The notes beneath the pieces are model-generated. The model was not told where the DNA came from. It did no database searches and saw only the letters and a list, made by a program, of their open reading frames with translations. From assembly GCA_963827195.1 (NCBI GenBank), contig CAWGZT010000008.1, positions 127,708 to 191,707 on the forward strand: 64,000 bases of DNA. Reading direction: 5' to 3'. Below are positions 63,162 through 64,000 of the stretch, piece by piece. The translations under genes were made by a program, and so were the position numbers. This DNA comes from an uncultured Actinomycetota bacterium (GTDB lineage Bacteria; Actinomycetota; Actinomycetes; Propionibacteriales; Nocardioidaceae). Each line of letters begins with the position of its first letter. The first letter of the stretch is position 1.

Positions 63162-64000
63162 ATGGCGATGACGATGAAGCGACGCGACCTGCTGAGGCTC
63201 GGGGGGCTGGGCGCCGGGGTGACCGCTCTGGGCCTGACGGTGCCTCTGGGTCAATCGGTGGGCACCAGTGACTGGATCAGCACCTCGGCGAAGCCGAAGC
63301 GCTTCTCCCGTCCCCTCCGGGTCCCCCAGGCGGTGACCCCGCGCCGGATGGTCGACGACTTCGGTGAGTACTTCCTCTACGAGATGACCGAGAGGCCGGA
63401 CCTGCAACAGGTCCTGGACCCGGGTGCGCCCAGGACGCCGCTGATGGGTTACTCGGTCAACGGCGCACCGCCGACCATCCCGGGCCCCCTGCTCAAGGTG
63501 GAGCAGAACACCCGGGTCCGCGTCCGGATGACCAACGCGCTCCCCACCACCCACCCCACGTTCGGCCATGGGCTCGCCACGTCGTTGCACCTGCACGGCT
63601 CCGCGTCGCTGCCCCAGTACGACGGCTACGCCGACGACGTCACGTGGCCCGGTCACTACAAGGACTACTGGTACCCGAACTACCAGGGTGCCCGCACGCT
63701 CTGGTACCACGACCACAGCGCGCACCACACCTCGCAGAACGTCTACAGCGGCCTCTACGCGCAGTACCACATCCATGCTCCGTGGGAGCGGGAGAACCTG
63801 CCGCAGGGGAGGTACGACGTGCCGCTGATCGTGACCGACGCGATGTTCGCGAAGGACGGCACGCTGGCCTACCAGGACCGCGACCACTCCGGACTGTGGG
63901 GCGACATCATCCTGGTCAACGGCGTGCCGTGGCCCTACCTCGACGTCGAGCGCCGCTTCTACCGCTTCCGGGTCCTCCTGGCGTCGCTGTCGCGGAGCAT
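63162..64000 (+). CDS. Tat-exported multicopper oxidase (5-prime partial, runs off the window)
   Basis: Not in the ORF track because there is no stop in the window. ATG at 63162 after GAGGGGA. Tat motif MKRRDLLRLGGLGAG. Copper ligand motifs SLHLHG and LWYHDHS. Confidence 0.85.
   Translation, partial: MAMTMKRRDLLRLGGLGAGVTALGLTVPLGQSVGTSDWISTSAKPKRFSRPLRVPQAVTPRRMVDDFGEYFLYEMTERPDLQQVLDPGAPRTPLMGYSVNGAPPTIPGPLLKVEQNTRVRVRMTNALPTTHPTFGHGLATSLHLHGSASLPQYDGYADDVTWPGHYKDYWYPNYQGARTLWYHDHSAHHTSQNVYSGLYAQYHIHAPWERENLPQGRYDVPLIVTDAMFAKDGTLAYQDRDHSGLWGDIILVNGVPWPYLDVERRFYRFRVLLASLSRS

Overview
This is a high-GC actinobacterial chromosomal segment. The protein repertoire looks Nocardioides/Propionibacteriales-like, but that is unverified. 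All calls come from reading the sequence and the ORF track; no searches were run. Hand-derived coordinates (alternative starts, hairpins, repeats, tRNAs) may be off by 1-3 nt.

The window is densely coded: about 70 protein genes and 3 tRNAs (Ser-UGA, Ser-GCU, Arg-ACG). I saw no rRNA, CRISPR array, integrase or transposase. Many long ORFs in the track are antisense or out-of-frame shadows of real genes, as expected at this GC content, and were discarded.

Most of the content is core:
- recQ, and a HelZ-like SNF2 helicase with its SWIM partner
- a TetR-controlled leucine-catabolism block (methylcrotonyl-CoA carboxylase beta and alpha subunits, HMG-CoA lyase)
- aat, an Fpg/Nei glycosylase, a glycerophosphodiesterase, and a class III cyclase with a cNMP-binding protein
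- a second SNF2 helicase, arcA, pheA, serS with HAD/GNAT genes, bpa, qor, mobA, pckG, phoD
- an AraC / flavin monooxygenase / hydrolase cluster, a GH3 glucosidase and a partial multicopper oxidase

Features worth a second look, roughly in order of interest:
1. A tandem pair of secreted, membrane-anchored proteins whose mature N-termini (CSC / ACPC) and downstream landmarks resemble the N-terminal TIMP/netrin (NTR) domain (40.3-41.6 kb).
2. A 45-codon gene for a signal-peptide-bearing 16-residue two-Cys peptide. It has a perfect 22-bp palindrome upstream and a convergent LuxR-type regulator, and sits between tRNA-Ser and pckG (47.8-49.4 kb).
3. Three translationally coupled genes appended to the leucine-catabolism operon, two of them sulfotransferase-fold paralogs (14.6-18.1 kb).
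4. A rifampin ADP-ribosyltransferase (arr) directly downstream of the SNF2/SWIM pair.
5. Two intergenic repeat structures that share a 24-nt core: a 180-bp tandem duplication at 4.1 kb and a 44-bp tandem array in front of tRNA-Arg at 51.5 kb.
6. A run of frameshifted genes immediately after tRNA-Arg (52-54.5 kb).
7. A RecQ fused to a ComF-like phosphoribosyltransferase domain.

I cannot show from sequence alone that any of these is a new system. The checks needed are listed with each finding.
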